A stretch of DNA of 64,000 bases from Anthoceros angustus. Lineage: Eukaryota > Plantae > Anthocerotophyta. Both the position numbers and the translations under genes were made by a program. The DNA lies in assembly GCA_010909165.1 (NCBI GenBank), contig MU008171.1, positions 1,320,297-1,384,296 of the forward strand, written 5' to 3'. Shown here piece after piece: positions 11,712-23,800 of the stretch; the stretch's first letter is position 1; every line of letters starts with the position of its first letter. Below the pieces are notes generated by a model. It worked only from the letters and a program-made list of their open reading frames with translations, had not been told where the DNA came from and ran no database searches.

Positions 11712-13889
11712 GACGTGAAACTGATGCTAGGAACTAACTCTAGAAGCTAGGGCTTAGCAAGTAGGTTTTGTTAGCTTAGTTTAACTGGTACCGAGCATTA
11801 CTAAAATGCCCTTAAACAGAAAGTCGGAAATAACCCGCAAAATGGCCAAGCTTGGGCCAGTCTCCTCTCACACGGTGGGAGAAAGCGTATATGATCACTC
11901 CAATCCAAGAGGATGCACCAAGAGTGGTGGTGCATCGTATCACGACGCAAGGTGGTTGCAAGGCGGTTATGGAGCACAAGACCAAGGCGGCGGAAGGCGC
12001 TTGTCAAGTCCTAGGAGGAACGCTAGCTAAACACACGCAATTTTGTTGTTGTCGAATTTCTAGGTCAGAATGCAAAGACCTGTGTATGCGCTGCTCAAGA
12101 TTGTGGCAATGTGTAATGTGTGTTCATGGGACTTATCAGCTCTAGGCAGCCCGTGTAGGGCAGCCCTTTAATTTTCTCGAATCGAAGTGAGCATCAAGAC
12201 ATGTGAGCGCCGGTGCATGTCTACTTTACAACCGCTCGAGAAGCATTCAACTTGATTCTGCCTTGGCCTGGAGCAGGAGGAGTCTGCACCCACGGGTCAG
12301 CTTGACCCCCTATGGGCTTGACGTGGTGTGCATTTTGCTAGGGTTTCGTGCATGGTCGATTGTCAGGACTTGTTGGGTTTTACGGCTCAAGGGTGCTGGG
12401 TGCGGATTTTCCAGGCCAGCTGTGTGCCCGCTGCCGCACAACTCAAGGCCCTCTCATAATTTTTGAAGGGGAATATACTAACCCCTTCTACATAAAGACC
12501 CCTTGTCACGAAGAACACCTTACCTAAAACAAGATATTAGCCCTACTTTGATAATGCACACACCCTTTCCGAGGTCATACCATGATAAAGACGACTTTCA
12601 AGTGAACACCCTAGAAATGGAGCACGAGGGTGCGGGTCTGCATTTTTGTAGAATGTTTAGAGGGCTGCCATTTTATATGTTTATTACAACCGAAAACTTT
12701 TACTTTGAAGTGGTGGAACACAATGAAACAATCGTACTAGAGGGAGTCTCATTTTAATCATCGAAGAACATTGCAACAAACATCCGCTAAAGGAGGGAGT
12801 GGTCATCGATCGACAATAGTCATTGAAGAGTGCGGCTCGACTCATCCATGCCTTGCATCGACACCGAGTCAAGAACCACCGCCATATTCGGATGCGGTCC
12901 ATATCGTCGCCTCAAAGTTATCGCTCTCCATTGCTTGCCTGCCTTCAATAGTATCATTCCCCGGCCCACCATCCGACGGTGGATCGCCACACGAGGTTGC
13001 TTTCAATTTGCATACCATCTTGTTTGCCTCGTTGAGACGAATCCGTTGGTATCATTTTTGTCTACTTTCGAGTGAGAAACAGGTGGACTGAATGCCTGGG
13101 AGAAGTTGATCACTAAGGGTTTTAGTTGGGGAATTTGGCTATGTGCACCAACACTTCTCTTGTCGGGTAGGTGCTGGGTCTTGTACAGCACGAGCACGAG
13201 GAGTGAGTCGCTGAACAGGCTGAGGATTCTCGCGGTGAGTGAGGCATCGAAAAAGCTTGAGGTAGGGGAGGATCCGAGTTGCGATTGGCGTGTTCGGTTT
13301 GTGTTTCACACCGATTCGCAGCTAAGGTTTTCCTCCGCACCGACAATTGATGCTGGCTTCCTTGACTCATCGGCCGATTACATGGGGCATGCCACCGTGA
13401 AGAGGGAGATAGCCCACTGCATCGCTTGAACGAGGGACGTGCCACCTGTGGTTTTCGTGAGAAGGAGAAGGGCACCACACAAGATTTGTCCTTAGAGGAC
13501 CTACCAGCAGGAGCCCGGACAAGGATCCTTTGGCACCAGGGGTTAGCTGGTCCCCACTTACCTTGTGCAGTGACTATAAGGAGGAGCAGGTGCAGTGGGA
13601 GTGCACCGCTGGAGGGTCGGGATTAGGCCTTTCCTCGTGGCTCGCCCGCATTTATCATGTAAGACCTGTGGCAAGAGGACCTGCCCTGTGATTCCGACAC
13701 GATGGAAGGAGGGCCAAATGGCTGAGAAATTCGGGCCAGAACACAATCGTTGAGGGATTTTAGGAGTCAATGAGGCAATTAGGGTCAAGTTCAAACATGG
13801 GGCGATAACCACCTCTACATGTTCGAATCTATCAAGATACATGGTGATGAGGCCTCGGATTTGTATGAAGCCCACCAAGCGAGCCGACC
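11712..13889 (+). mobile_element. 5' fragment of family B (terminal repeat a1 plus leader), interrupted by segment C at 12467-12981
   Basis: Near-identical to 31929-33648; ORFs 13003, 13106, 13122 and 13426 are identical to ORFs 32761, 32864, 32880 and 33184. Confidence 0.85.
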
Positions 13890-14925
13890 AACCCCGCAAA
13901 GTGACACGCGACATTAGTGAGAGCTCGCGATCCTCCGCCCCGCTTTCAAAGGAAATTGCAATCGTGTTCTTGCCCTTCCAAAGATTCATAGCCTCTATCC
14001 CGGGTTGGAGCCTCCGGTCAAGCCGCCGCCCGCACCCCAGCCTCACACACTTCATCATAATTCACGCCTACCTATGAGACTTCCAATTGCTCTCACGATA
14101 ATTTTTGAAGGGGAATATACTAACCCCTTCTAAAGACCCCTGTCCTAAGAACACCTTACCTAAAACAAGATATTAGCCCTACTTTGATAATGCACACACC
14201 CTTTCTCGAGGTCATACCAGTTGATAAATGCCGCACTTTCAAGTGAACACCCTAGAAATGGAGCACGAGGGTCTGGCCCGCATTTTTGTAGAATGTTTAG
14301 AGGGCTGCCATTTTATATGTTTATACAACCGAAAACTTTTACTTTGAAGTGGTGGAACACAATGAAAACAACTGCATTAGAGGGAGTCTCATTTTAATCA
14401 TCGTAAGAACATTGCAACAAACATCCGCTAAAGGAGGGAGTGGTCATCGGCATCGACAATAGTCATTGAAGAGTGCGGCGACTCATCCATGCCTTGCACC
14501 GACATCGAGTCAAGAACCACCGCCATATTCGGATGCGGTCCATATCGTCCGCCTCAAAGTTATCGCTCTCCTCCATTGCTTGCTCGCCTTCAATAGTATC
14601 ATTCCCCGGCCCACCATCCATGACGTGGATCGCCACACAAAGATCTAGGGTTTGCCGACCTCATCCAAAAGGTCGCCAATGTAGTCTTCAACCTTCCGCA
14701 CTCAATGCAACCACTTGGGCTTTAAGGCAATGCCGTCCTTAAAATGAACAAAGTTAGTTGCCCATGCGCCCATGCAAGCATCCTTAAAATCAACAAAGTT
14801 GAGTTATTAAAAGATATGGGTTTTGAACCCAAACCTATTCATTACTAAACCTTTTTCCCAAACACTAGACCAACAATCCCAAGTTAAACCAATGGAGCCA
14901 CTACATATTTATTTTCTCAAAGACA
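13890..14925. repeat. Unassigned segment C (partial copies at 12467-12992 and 15501-16139)
   Basis: 14098-14638 matches 12456-12992 and 14280-14934 matches 15501-16148. No retroelement motif recognised. Confidence 0.7.
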
Positions 14926-15509
14926 ATGAGGAGGAGATTGGTGCCGATGTCATGTCGCGCTTTTGTTGCCATGACCGCCTTGGATGATTGGTTTGCTTTC
15001 AAATTAATGCAAAGGACATTTGGGAAGATGTGAATGCTCTTCAAGATTTGCACTGAAGTATGGACGAGGCCCGACCCACCGAAAAGAACAGGTGCAGCAG
15101 TCAATAAGACTATTGGCGTGATGGCTACATGATTCAAGTCGGGCAATGGTGTCGAGCGCTTGGTGCCACCACCGTGATAGGGTGACTGATACGCCGTGTG
15201 CACGACGACATGGTCACTTTGGTGTGAAGCGGACTTCACCGCTCACACCTCATTTTTATTGGTATGGGATGCAACCAGAGAATGTGGCTCCGTGAGCCTT
15301 GTGACCGAGTCAAGGCCTCCTTTACTATGCAAAGACCCGGTTCCACCCTCCGCCCATCATGGGCTTGTTCACCGGTCCTGACCTCATTGGAGAATTGACT
15401 AGGACGCCGAGAGGCAATGTCTACATACTTGTCATGATGGAGCATTTCTCCAAATGGGTGGAGGTTGTGGCTCTATCGATAAGTCCTCAAAGCACGCCCT
15501 GCATTTTTG
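14926..15509 (+). mobile_element. Family B integrase fragment
   Basis: Near-identical to 38264-38847. Encodes DLIGELTRTPRGNVYILVMMEHFSKWVEVVAL. Confidence 0.88.
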
Positions 15510-16139
15510 TAGAATGTTTAGAGGGCTGCCATTTTCATATATGTTTAGTACAACCGAAAACTTTTACTTTGAAGTGGTGGAACACAATGAAAACAATGCT
15601 AGAGGAGTCTCATTTTAATCATAGAACATTGCAACAAACATACGCTAAAGGAGGAGTGGTCGCCGGCATCGACAATAGTCATTGAAGAGTGCGGCTGGCG
15701 ACTCATCCATGCCTTGCACCGACCGAGTCAAGAACCACGCCATATTAGGATGCGGTCCATATCGTCCGCCTCAAAGTTATCGTTCTCCTCCATTGCTTGC
15801 TCGTCTTCAATAGTATCATTCCGGGCCCACCATCGGCGGTGTGGCACACAACATCTAGGGTTTGCCCTCATCCAAAAGGTCGCCCGGTAGTCTTCAACCT
15901 TCTGGCACTCAATGCAACCACTTGGGCTTTAAGGCAATGCCAGCGTCCTTAAAATGAACAAAGTTAGTTGCCCATGCGCCCATGAAAGCATCCTTAAAAT
16001 CAACAAAGTTGAGTTATTAAAAAAATATGGGTTTTGAACCCACAACCTATTCATTACTAAACCTTTATCCCAAACACTAGACCAACAATCCCAAGTTGGA
16101 AACCAATGGAGCCACTACATATTTATTTTCTCAAAGACT

Positions 16140-16920
16140 ATGAGGAGGCGGGTGTGCAGGGGGAGGGGTGGCCAGTAGGGGCATGGCGTGTTGGTGGGGC
16201 CGGCCGCGCAAGGGAGGCGGGGCGTCTTTGGGCGCCGGCGGCGCGCCCATGGGCAGGTGCTAGGGAGGCGCCGGCCAGGCGCACATGGGCGAGTGTGCTA
16301 GGGAGGCCGCCGGCCACCCATGGCGGTGTGTGCTAGGGAGGCGGCCCGGCCCCCCGGCGGGCGTGTTGGCGGCGCCCATGGGCGGGTGCTAGGGGAGGCC
16401 GGCGGGCCCCCATGGCATCTTGGGGAGGCGGGGCGCCTCCCTAGCTCCACCACTGCCACGGGTGGTGCTGGGGAGGCGCCGGCGCGCGCCGCCTGCGCCG
16501 CCGTGGGCCCACCGATGGGTGGCGTGTAGGAGGGCGCGGCGGCGCCCTCCTGTGGGCTCACCGTGGGGTGGGCAAGCAGGTGGTGCGGGCGCCTGCGAGC
16601 GGCGGCGGCGCCCTCCTCCGCCACCCGTCGGTGGGTCTCGTATGGGTGGTGCGTGGAGGGCGGTGGCCGCTCTCGCTCCACCCGTCGGCTCGGTGGTGTG
16701 CGGGGAGGCGGCGCGGCGGCGGCGCCATCCTCTCCGCGCACCACTGTAAACCCCGACGGGTGGTGCGCGGATGGGGCGGCCGGCGGCGGCGCCCTCCTCA
16801 CGCCACCCGTGGGGCTCTGGTGGTGGTGCGCGTGGGGCGCCGGCCGGCACCCTCCTCCACCGACCTTATGCCGACGGGTGGAGCGAGCAGAGGCGCCGGC
16901 CGCCGCCTCCCTCCACGTGC
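16140..16920. repeat. Uninterrupted GC-rich repeat (empty site for family B near 16685-16695)
   Basis: Left part matches the sequence preceding B (GGGTCT..ATGGGTGGTGCGTG). Right part matches the sequence following B (CGGTGGTG...AAACCCCGACGGGTGGTG...CCTCCCTCCACGTGCC). Confidence 0.78.
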
Positions 16921-17749
16921 CATTGTGGCCCTCCCTTCCACACACTCAGACGCCACTTCCATCGAAAATTCAGAGGCTAACCTTAGAAGCAACCTTGGAA
17001 TGAAGGCTAACCTTAGAAGCAAATGCTGCCCAAATCGAGCCAAGATTTGGTCGAGTGTAGAGGATACTCCTCCTAAACATCTCAGATGTGGACAAAAAGC
17101 GATAAGGGATAAGCTCGAGTTGCGTATTTAATACAACTACAGTCAAAGTGCCGTTGAAGATAATGATGACAATGCGGAGAAGCTGGACCAAGTGATGATT
17201 AAGGATTGAACTCGGGATGAAACCCAAATCTGCTTTTTCCCGGTCCCAGTTAATGTTGTAAGTCGGTTGCAATATCGTGTTAGGAAATACCGCCCATGGC
17301 TTTTGTGGTGTCATAACAAAACCACATTTTCCTCCCAAAATCGAGTTTACCGTCCCTTCCCGGCAGAACGGCCTTCCTCACCGCTCCTACTTTGCATTAT
17401 TCCCGAGGTTCGAGTTTCATACCACCATTCGACACAAACATTGCCGGATGGAAAGTAGTAACTTTATCGGTGACACCTTTTTTCGAGCCGTTTTTCAATG
17501 CCTTCAAAACGCTGCTTTTAGGGCCCATCAATAACCCCTTCGTAGATTATTTATGAAACCCCTTCAAGATTATTCACCCCTTCAAAATTATCATGTTCTG
17601 CCTCCCGCCTCACAGACAAGATCACACGCCCCGCCCGGATTATTTCGCCCCACGCCTGCCCTTCACGACTGCTATCTCGGTGATAAAATGCATTCAATGC
17701 ACTGCCACCCTAAAAATTCCTTTTAACCTCAAAGACTGCCCATGTAAGC

Positions 17750-20700
17750 CATTCATGCGGCCCCCACCCCTATGTCGGATCGCGAAGGGCACATCGGTGA
17801 TATTCACTCCATCCGTATCACCGTGAGAGGAGGCCCTGCAAAACACATGATATCCCCGATTACATTTGTCACAAAGGATAATTAGCTCCGGGTCCGTGAT
17901 GTGACCACAAAATTCGCAAGGCAAGTCAATCGGTGGTTTCCCACGTACCGAGTCTCGTGTCCAAGTTAAGTGTGGCATGGTGCCAAGTGACTCATATGCT
18001 CCTTACAACGCCGCCCATCCCGTCCTTCCAATTCAATGACACCGCTCACCCACACTCACCACCAGAAAATTAACGCCCAAGCTTACATCCAACGTGCTCA
18101 AGGCTTGTAAAGTACACAAAGTCCCCCACTTGAAACTTCCTCGCCTTGTTTCCACGAGCCACCTCGCGTAAAGGCATACCGAGGTGGTCCCAATGTTGGG
18201 CAATGGCTGTTGTCCATGGCCATGGATTACCCATTAAACAAAGCTTGGCCTGGCTTTTGCAACCCAAGAGACACTCTTCCGGATTCTCGTGCCCGCCTAC
18301 TAGTTTGGAATAGGTATCCGCCACAATATTTGGCATCATAGCTCCGTCCAAACATGATGTAATACGGGCTGAAGTTGCCCAGGCACCGCATTAATCGATC
18401 CTATATCCCAATGCCACATATGGCAACAACTCATCCCAAGAGCAGCGGCCTCAATCTCAAAGGTAATATTTGCGAGAGAATCCTTGAAAGTTTGCACTAA
18501 CTGCTCCGCCAACCCCGCTTGAGGATGGTCCCAGATGTGCGCGGTGATCTATCGTGCTCGATCCAAGAGTGCTTGAATTCACCGCGAAACTCATTGCCTT
18601 GGTCCGTCAACACCTCGCACAACTCCCATATCTCACGAGAACATCAGAAATGCCCGGCCGTACTTGGAGCTCCCGATCGGGAGAAAAGCCAACTCCACCC
18701 ACTTTGAAAAGTGCTCTATCATCAACATGCAATGCTTGTTGCCTTGTCTTGTCATCGCGCTCGTACATCAGTCACGTAATTACCCAAGAACAATCCCTTG
18801 ATAGGCCGAATGTAGTACCACATCCTGGTCAAGTAAACCTTGCCTTCACCGCATCGCACGCAAAGACATCGCGCCACCACTGCTCCACATCGGCACATAC
18901 CGACCAAAAGTATGTATTCTTCAAAGATGTGATGTGTTCTCTTGACGCCAAAATGCCCCAACGCTTTGTGCACCTTGATCACTAATGGTCTTCTTTCCTC
19001 CACGGAGGCACCTCCTTGCTCACCCTCGATCAACCACAAACACTTTACCGTCCTTGTATGTATAGCGAGCGATTCTTCACTGCAGCTGGAGGGCCATCAC
19101 CACATCACCACATGCCCATCCTCAACAATCGAATGGCATGCTCGAGCTTCCATATGTCTCGACCCCTTCCGACGCCTGTTCACCGCTTGCTTCTATGGAC
19201 ATCAATGCCAAATATACACCGGCACGCAATGCGTAGATCCGAAATCTTGTCTCGCCCAAGTGGTGTCTTCGCCCCACACATCGGGTTCACCGAGCCCACT
19301 CCAAGATTGAGATGCACCTTTCCCCGGCATACAATTTGCATGTCATATTCGGATAGCAACAAAGCCCACCTAGCAAGCTTCCCGCTTCATGTTGGTCATC
19401 GCGGTGTAGATGGTCCGTGACCAATCGAAAACTTTGGCCAAATGTGTACACTCTAAAATGCAACCGCCCATACCGCAGCAAGACACTCTCCTCATAAGAC
19501 GAGTAATTCGCCTCCGCAGTTGTTGTTCGACCGCCGCGATGCTACAACCCGCTTCTTCCTTCCTCATCTCGCTGGGCAAGCACGGCCCAATGCCTACCGC
19601 ACTCCAACTGTGATATAGGACGAAGGGCCTCGGTTGGGCCTTTTAAGCATTGGCCTCTCGCCAACTACCTTCAACTCGTGCCACGCTTGCTCCCCGCCTC
19701 CCGCCTCCCGCCTCCCAAAGGCTAATGGGCTTCCTTCTTGAGCAACTCATATAATGGCTTGCAGGTACTGCTCATGTTTCTGATAAACCGGCGGTAGTAA
19801 TTCACCAACCCCAAGAATGCTCTCAGGGCGGCTATATCCTTCGGTCTGGGCATGAAACTCACTGCTTGCACTTTGGCCAACTGTGGCAGCACACCCCCTG
19901 GTACAATCTTATGCCCCAAGTACTCTATCTCCCTGTATGCGAACTTACATTTCTTGGGATGGGCCTTCAGTCCAGATTTGGCCAAGCCACAAGAGCACTT
20001 CTAAGTGCTCAAGGTGTTCCTCCGTGTTATTGCTAAACACCGTAATGTCATCGATGTAGCACTTGACAAATGCTAGCCCTTGCGCTCCAAGTCGCCCACT
20101 GCTGAAAATATATGGACGTTCTTCAACCCGAACGGCATGGTCTCCCACTCCCACAGTGCTCTTTGCCCCAAAACTGCCTTGCACTTGTCCTTCTCCTCAA
20201 TCACAATCTGATTGAACCCGATCGAAAATCAAGGGTGATGAAGTATTTGGCCTCCAATAGCGCCAAAGATCTTGTCGAGTGGGCATGGGATACCGCTCCA
20301 TGGGCGTTATTTCATTGATTCTGTAATCCCCACACATTCTCCTATCCTTCCATTCCCCATGCTCATCCTTCTTGAGTGGCAACACCAGAGCAGATATTGC
20401 GAGGTCGACTGATCACGCCGCAGCCTCCTTGCACCGCTTGTCTCGACATCCCATTCCACGGGACTCGCTTTGTGTCTTCTTCAAACATGGTTCATTGGTG
20501 GTCGTGGTGATCTTGAACTTGATGCGATCCATCAACTCGGCCCAACCGAACGCAAAGGTGCCTCGATTCGAGTAACATGTTTCGATCCTTTGTCACGCCG
20601 GTTGCAAATCTTCACATATTGCCAATCATCGGCCGGACTCTCATGGTTCCTTTCCTATGGCGAGGGAGAGTGGTGTGGCGGCATGTTCTTGCTTTTCAGT

Positions 20701-20863
20701 GCGGATGTAGGTTCATCTTTCCGTCATGCATCATCGATGCTCCTTGCCATCCTTTCGACACATGGCTATCAGATGGCTGCCCGCAGATATCAACCATTGC
20801 ACAAGTCATGTCAAGGCTTGCCCGATCAACTCACACTGAATGATTCGTACACACCATGCGTGT
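17750..20863 (-). pseudogene. Family A pol, C-terminal part: RT-RNase H-integrase-PHD finger
   Basis: RT: LPLKKDEHGEWKDRRMCGDYR, CYIDDITVFSNNTEEHLEHL (YIDD 20047-20058), HPKKCKFAYREIEYLGH, LRAFLGLVNYYRRFI. RNase H: FRLVTDH, LLSEYDM. Integrase: HKALGHFGVKRT, DHPQA.GLAE. PHD: CEFCGHITDPELIILCDKCNRGYHVFC (ORF 17694..17978). Confidence 0.93.
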
Positions 20864-20868
20864 AAGTG

Positions 20869-23800
20869 TGTGGAGTGTGAATTTTGTCTAGGGACACCGT
20901 GAGGTCCACATTCACCCTCAATGTCGTTGTAGGCTTAGGATTCGCCCAAGGGAATGGTTTGTGCCAAGAGACGCTAACTTCTATCACATCGACCTTCACC
21001 TAAGTGACTTACCGCTATTACTTCTTACCTATCTACTCAACTACTACTACCTCCCGACTTGTCTAACTACCATGATCTTATTCCACAACCACAATCTTAT
21101 TCCACGACCACAAATCTTATTCCACGACCGCAAATCTTATTCCACGACGCGTGGCTCACCACCACCGGTAGTTGCTTGACTACCGAGGTGGGTCCCACGC
21201 CAAACCCTAGCGACTTATTTCTCAAGACGCGCCGGATCTCGCCAGGCTACCAGCAGATCGACTTTATTCGCACTCCACACTTCATGCACACACACACCGA
21301 TTCCTAGGGACCAAAGTTCCACAAATCCTCACCGCCACACACACACAAAGGGCGCCACACTCACACAATTTTACAAGGAACTGTTTCCTCTGTGCACACT
21401 TCCACCAACAAAGACCGGTTTGGATTCTTTTGGATCCACACAAATCTCCACCGTTAGTCTCTCAATTAGTTCCCTTCTCAACTCCTCTTACACCTGTGAT
21501 CGCCAGATCTGTTCATCACTCCTTCACCCAATCTTCTCTCTCTCTCTCTCAATTCGCCCAGTGCTTCCAACCATCCACTCAACACTTCTCTCTCAATTTG
21601 AACACAACTTGTGAACAAGGGTGAAGGAAAGAAGAACCCCGGCCAAGGCGTTACGAGCAAGCTCACCCGCGCCAATCCCTTTTCCTCCTCCTCCCAAGAT
21701 TGCTCTATCACCCCTCCCCCCATGGAGCAAGCTCGACCACCCCTAGGAGCGCCTCGCACACCACCTCCTAACCTGGACGTCTCCAACCAGCCATGTGGGG
21801 GATCTCAACCAGAGTTATCTCGATGTGAGGGGCACAACCAAGCCCCTTTATACAATTGTGGGCGCATAGCCACCGACTTTCCAGTCCTAAAAGAACGCCA
21901 AGAGGCGCCTACAATTTCGGACGGCCTTAGGTCCAAGATGGCATCCTATCCAAAGTTCTATTCCTAGGATGCCACTACTCCCCGCCCATGTTATCTCCGC
22001 ACCCTCCGATTTGGTCGCCGCCCTTCGTCCTTGTCTGAATTTATGGGTCCTCCTTCCTCGCTGGTCCGGAAAATCCTCCCATAAACTCTCCACTGTTTTT
22101 CCATGATCCCAAGTCCCAGCTCCTCACCAATCCTCCACCTGACCCTCCAATGGTCCATATTTGGCCATTGGGCAAAAATTTCTGCAACCTTGGGCGCCCG
22201 CAAAACCCTCACGCCTACGCCCAATTGCTGATAACTCGCCTAATCTCCAACTTGGTCCCCCTGTGGTTTCTTCCTTCCAGATCATGAGCTCCGCCGCCAC
22301 GGGCTGCCCTTCTCCTCGCGAGCTCGTGCCGCCGTGATCGTCTGAGCTACTGCCGCGCCGTGCCTTTCCGAGTTCCCTTAGGGTTATATTTCCCGCCTAC
22401 CGCACGGCTTCCACCACTTCTTCCGCGACCGCTCCTTCCTTCCACGACCGCCCCCGCCCGCCAACCGCTTCAAACATAGTCCCCGACACCCGACCACACA
22501 CACCAACTACCGGTTGGTTCGACCTCTAGCCTACGGACAAATATGGGGACCCCCCCCATATATAGGCCTTTCTATTAAATATTCCAAGACCAAAGGCCAA
22601 GGAGTATCGAGTTCATAGTCCAAGGACCGATTATTATTTAACCCAGAAACAACCCAAAACTCATAGGCCAAGGACACTTTCTACTATAAATATCCCTTCC
22701 TACTCATAACCTAGCTCTTCTTGACACCAAACTTAAAAAAACAAAAATCACTCAAAGACACAATCCAGGGGAGTTTCCAATACCGGATCGTTTACATACT
22801 CCCTTCTCATTTGTTGGCGCCCGCCAACTCATGTGTAATATTTCTTGACTCTCCAACCGCTGACTGTTGGTAGGGTCGCCTCTAACTGTTGGAGCTGTAT
22901 GGAGCCATTTGCGAAAACTTCAAGGACTTTATATGGCCCCATCCATCGAAGGTGAAGCTTGCCTGGAAAGTGCATATATCTGTTGTCATATGGTAGGTCC
23001 AAGTCACGAGGTACCACCCACAACCTTTCTCTTCCGTCCGGTCCCTCCTGATATAAGCTGTCTCTGTGGCGGACAAATGGACTCGAATAATGCACTGAGG
23101 CATGCTGTTGTTGCCTTGAAAGGTCCGAGGGGATGCTGCCCGATTCCAGGAACTCAAATATTTCTGAATAAGTAGGCCTGGTGTATCCGGATCTCCCCTT
23201 CTCATTTACTGCCGTACCACCATCACTTGCCTCTTCTCGCGTGCCGCTTCCTCCATCTCGCCAACAACGCTTCATCGGGAACAGAACTTCCACATCCGTC
23301 CCACCACCTTCCACGGCTGCTCCACCTTCCACTACCGCAGAGTACCTTCCACACCGTCGTCAATTCACTCCATAACAACCCACCAGTGATGGAGTGGGGA
23401 ATGTCTCTTCGATAGTCCCGCTCTTCATCCGACCAAGAAATGTGGGCAAACGGAACTTCTCTTTCTCATCCTCCTCCCCAAATGTGTCTTCTGGAGGTAT
23501 AGCCATCTGCTGTATGCCTCTCCTGCGTCGTATCTCGACTCCAAGATAAACATATCCTCCCTTCCTTAACCTTGGGGTCCCAGAGGTTTGAAGCCCACTT
23601 CCTTCCTTGCCCACTTGAAGGTACAGCCCCCATACATCCACGTCCGCCAATCAAAACGCGTCATATCCGGGAGCTTTACTTGATGACCACATAGTCCATA
23701 AGGTGCGGAATGGTACCAATATGGGTTAGAACTCCGCCGCTCCCACGGTGTCATCTCGGACATGTCCGCAAGACGCAGACCTTGGATGTGTGTTCTATCT

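Noticed and set aside
11786-11796. tRNA-iMet PBS-like TGGTACCGAGC in family B
   Set aside because: It lies ~75 bp inside repeat a rather than after it, recurs in a2, and reads differently in other copies (TGGTACCGATA, TGGTACATA).
16974-17022. 19-bp direct repeat AGGCTAACCTTAGAAGCAA as a target-site duplication or element end
   Set aside because: Only ~11 bp separate the copies and it is present in every A unit, so it is an internal duplication.
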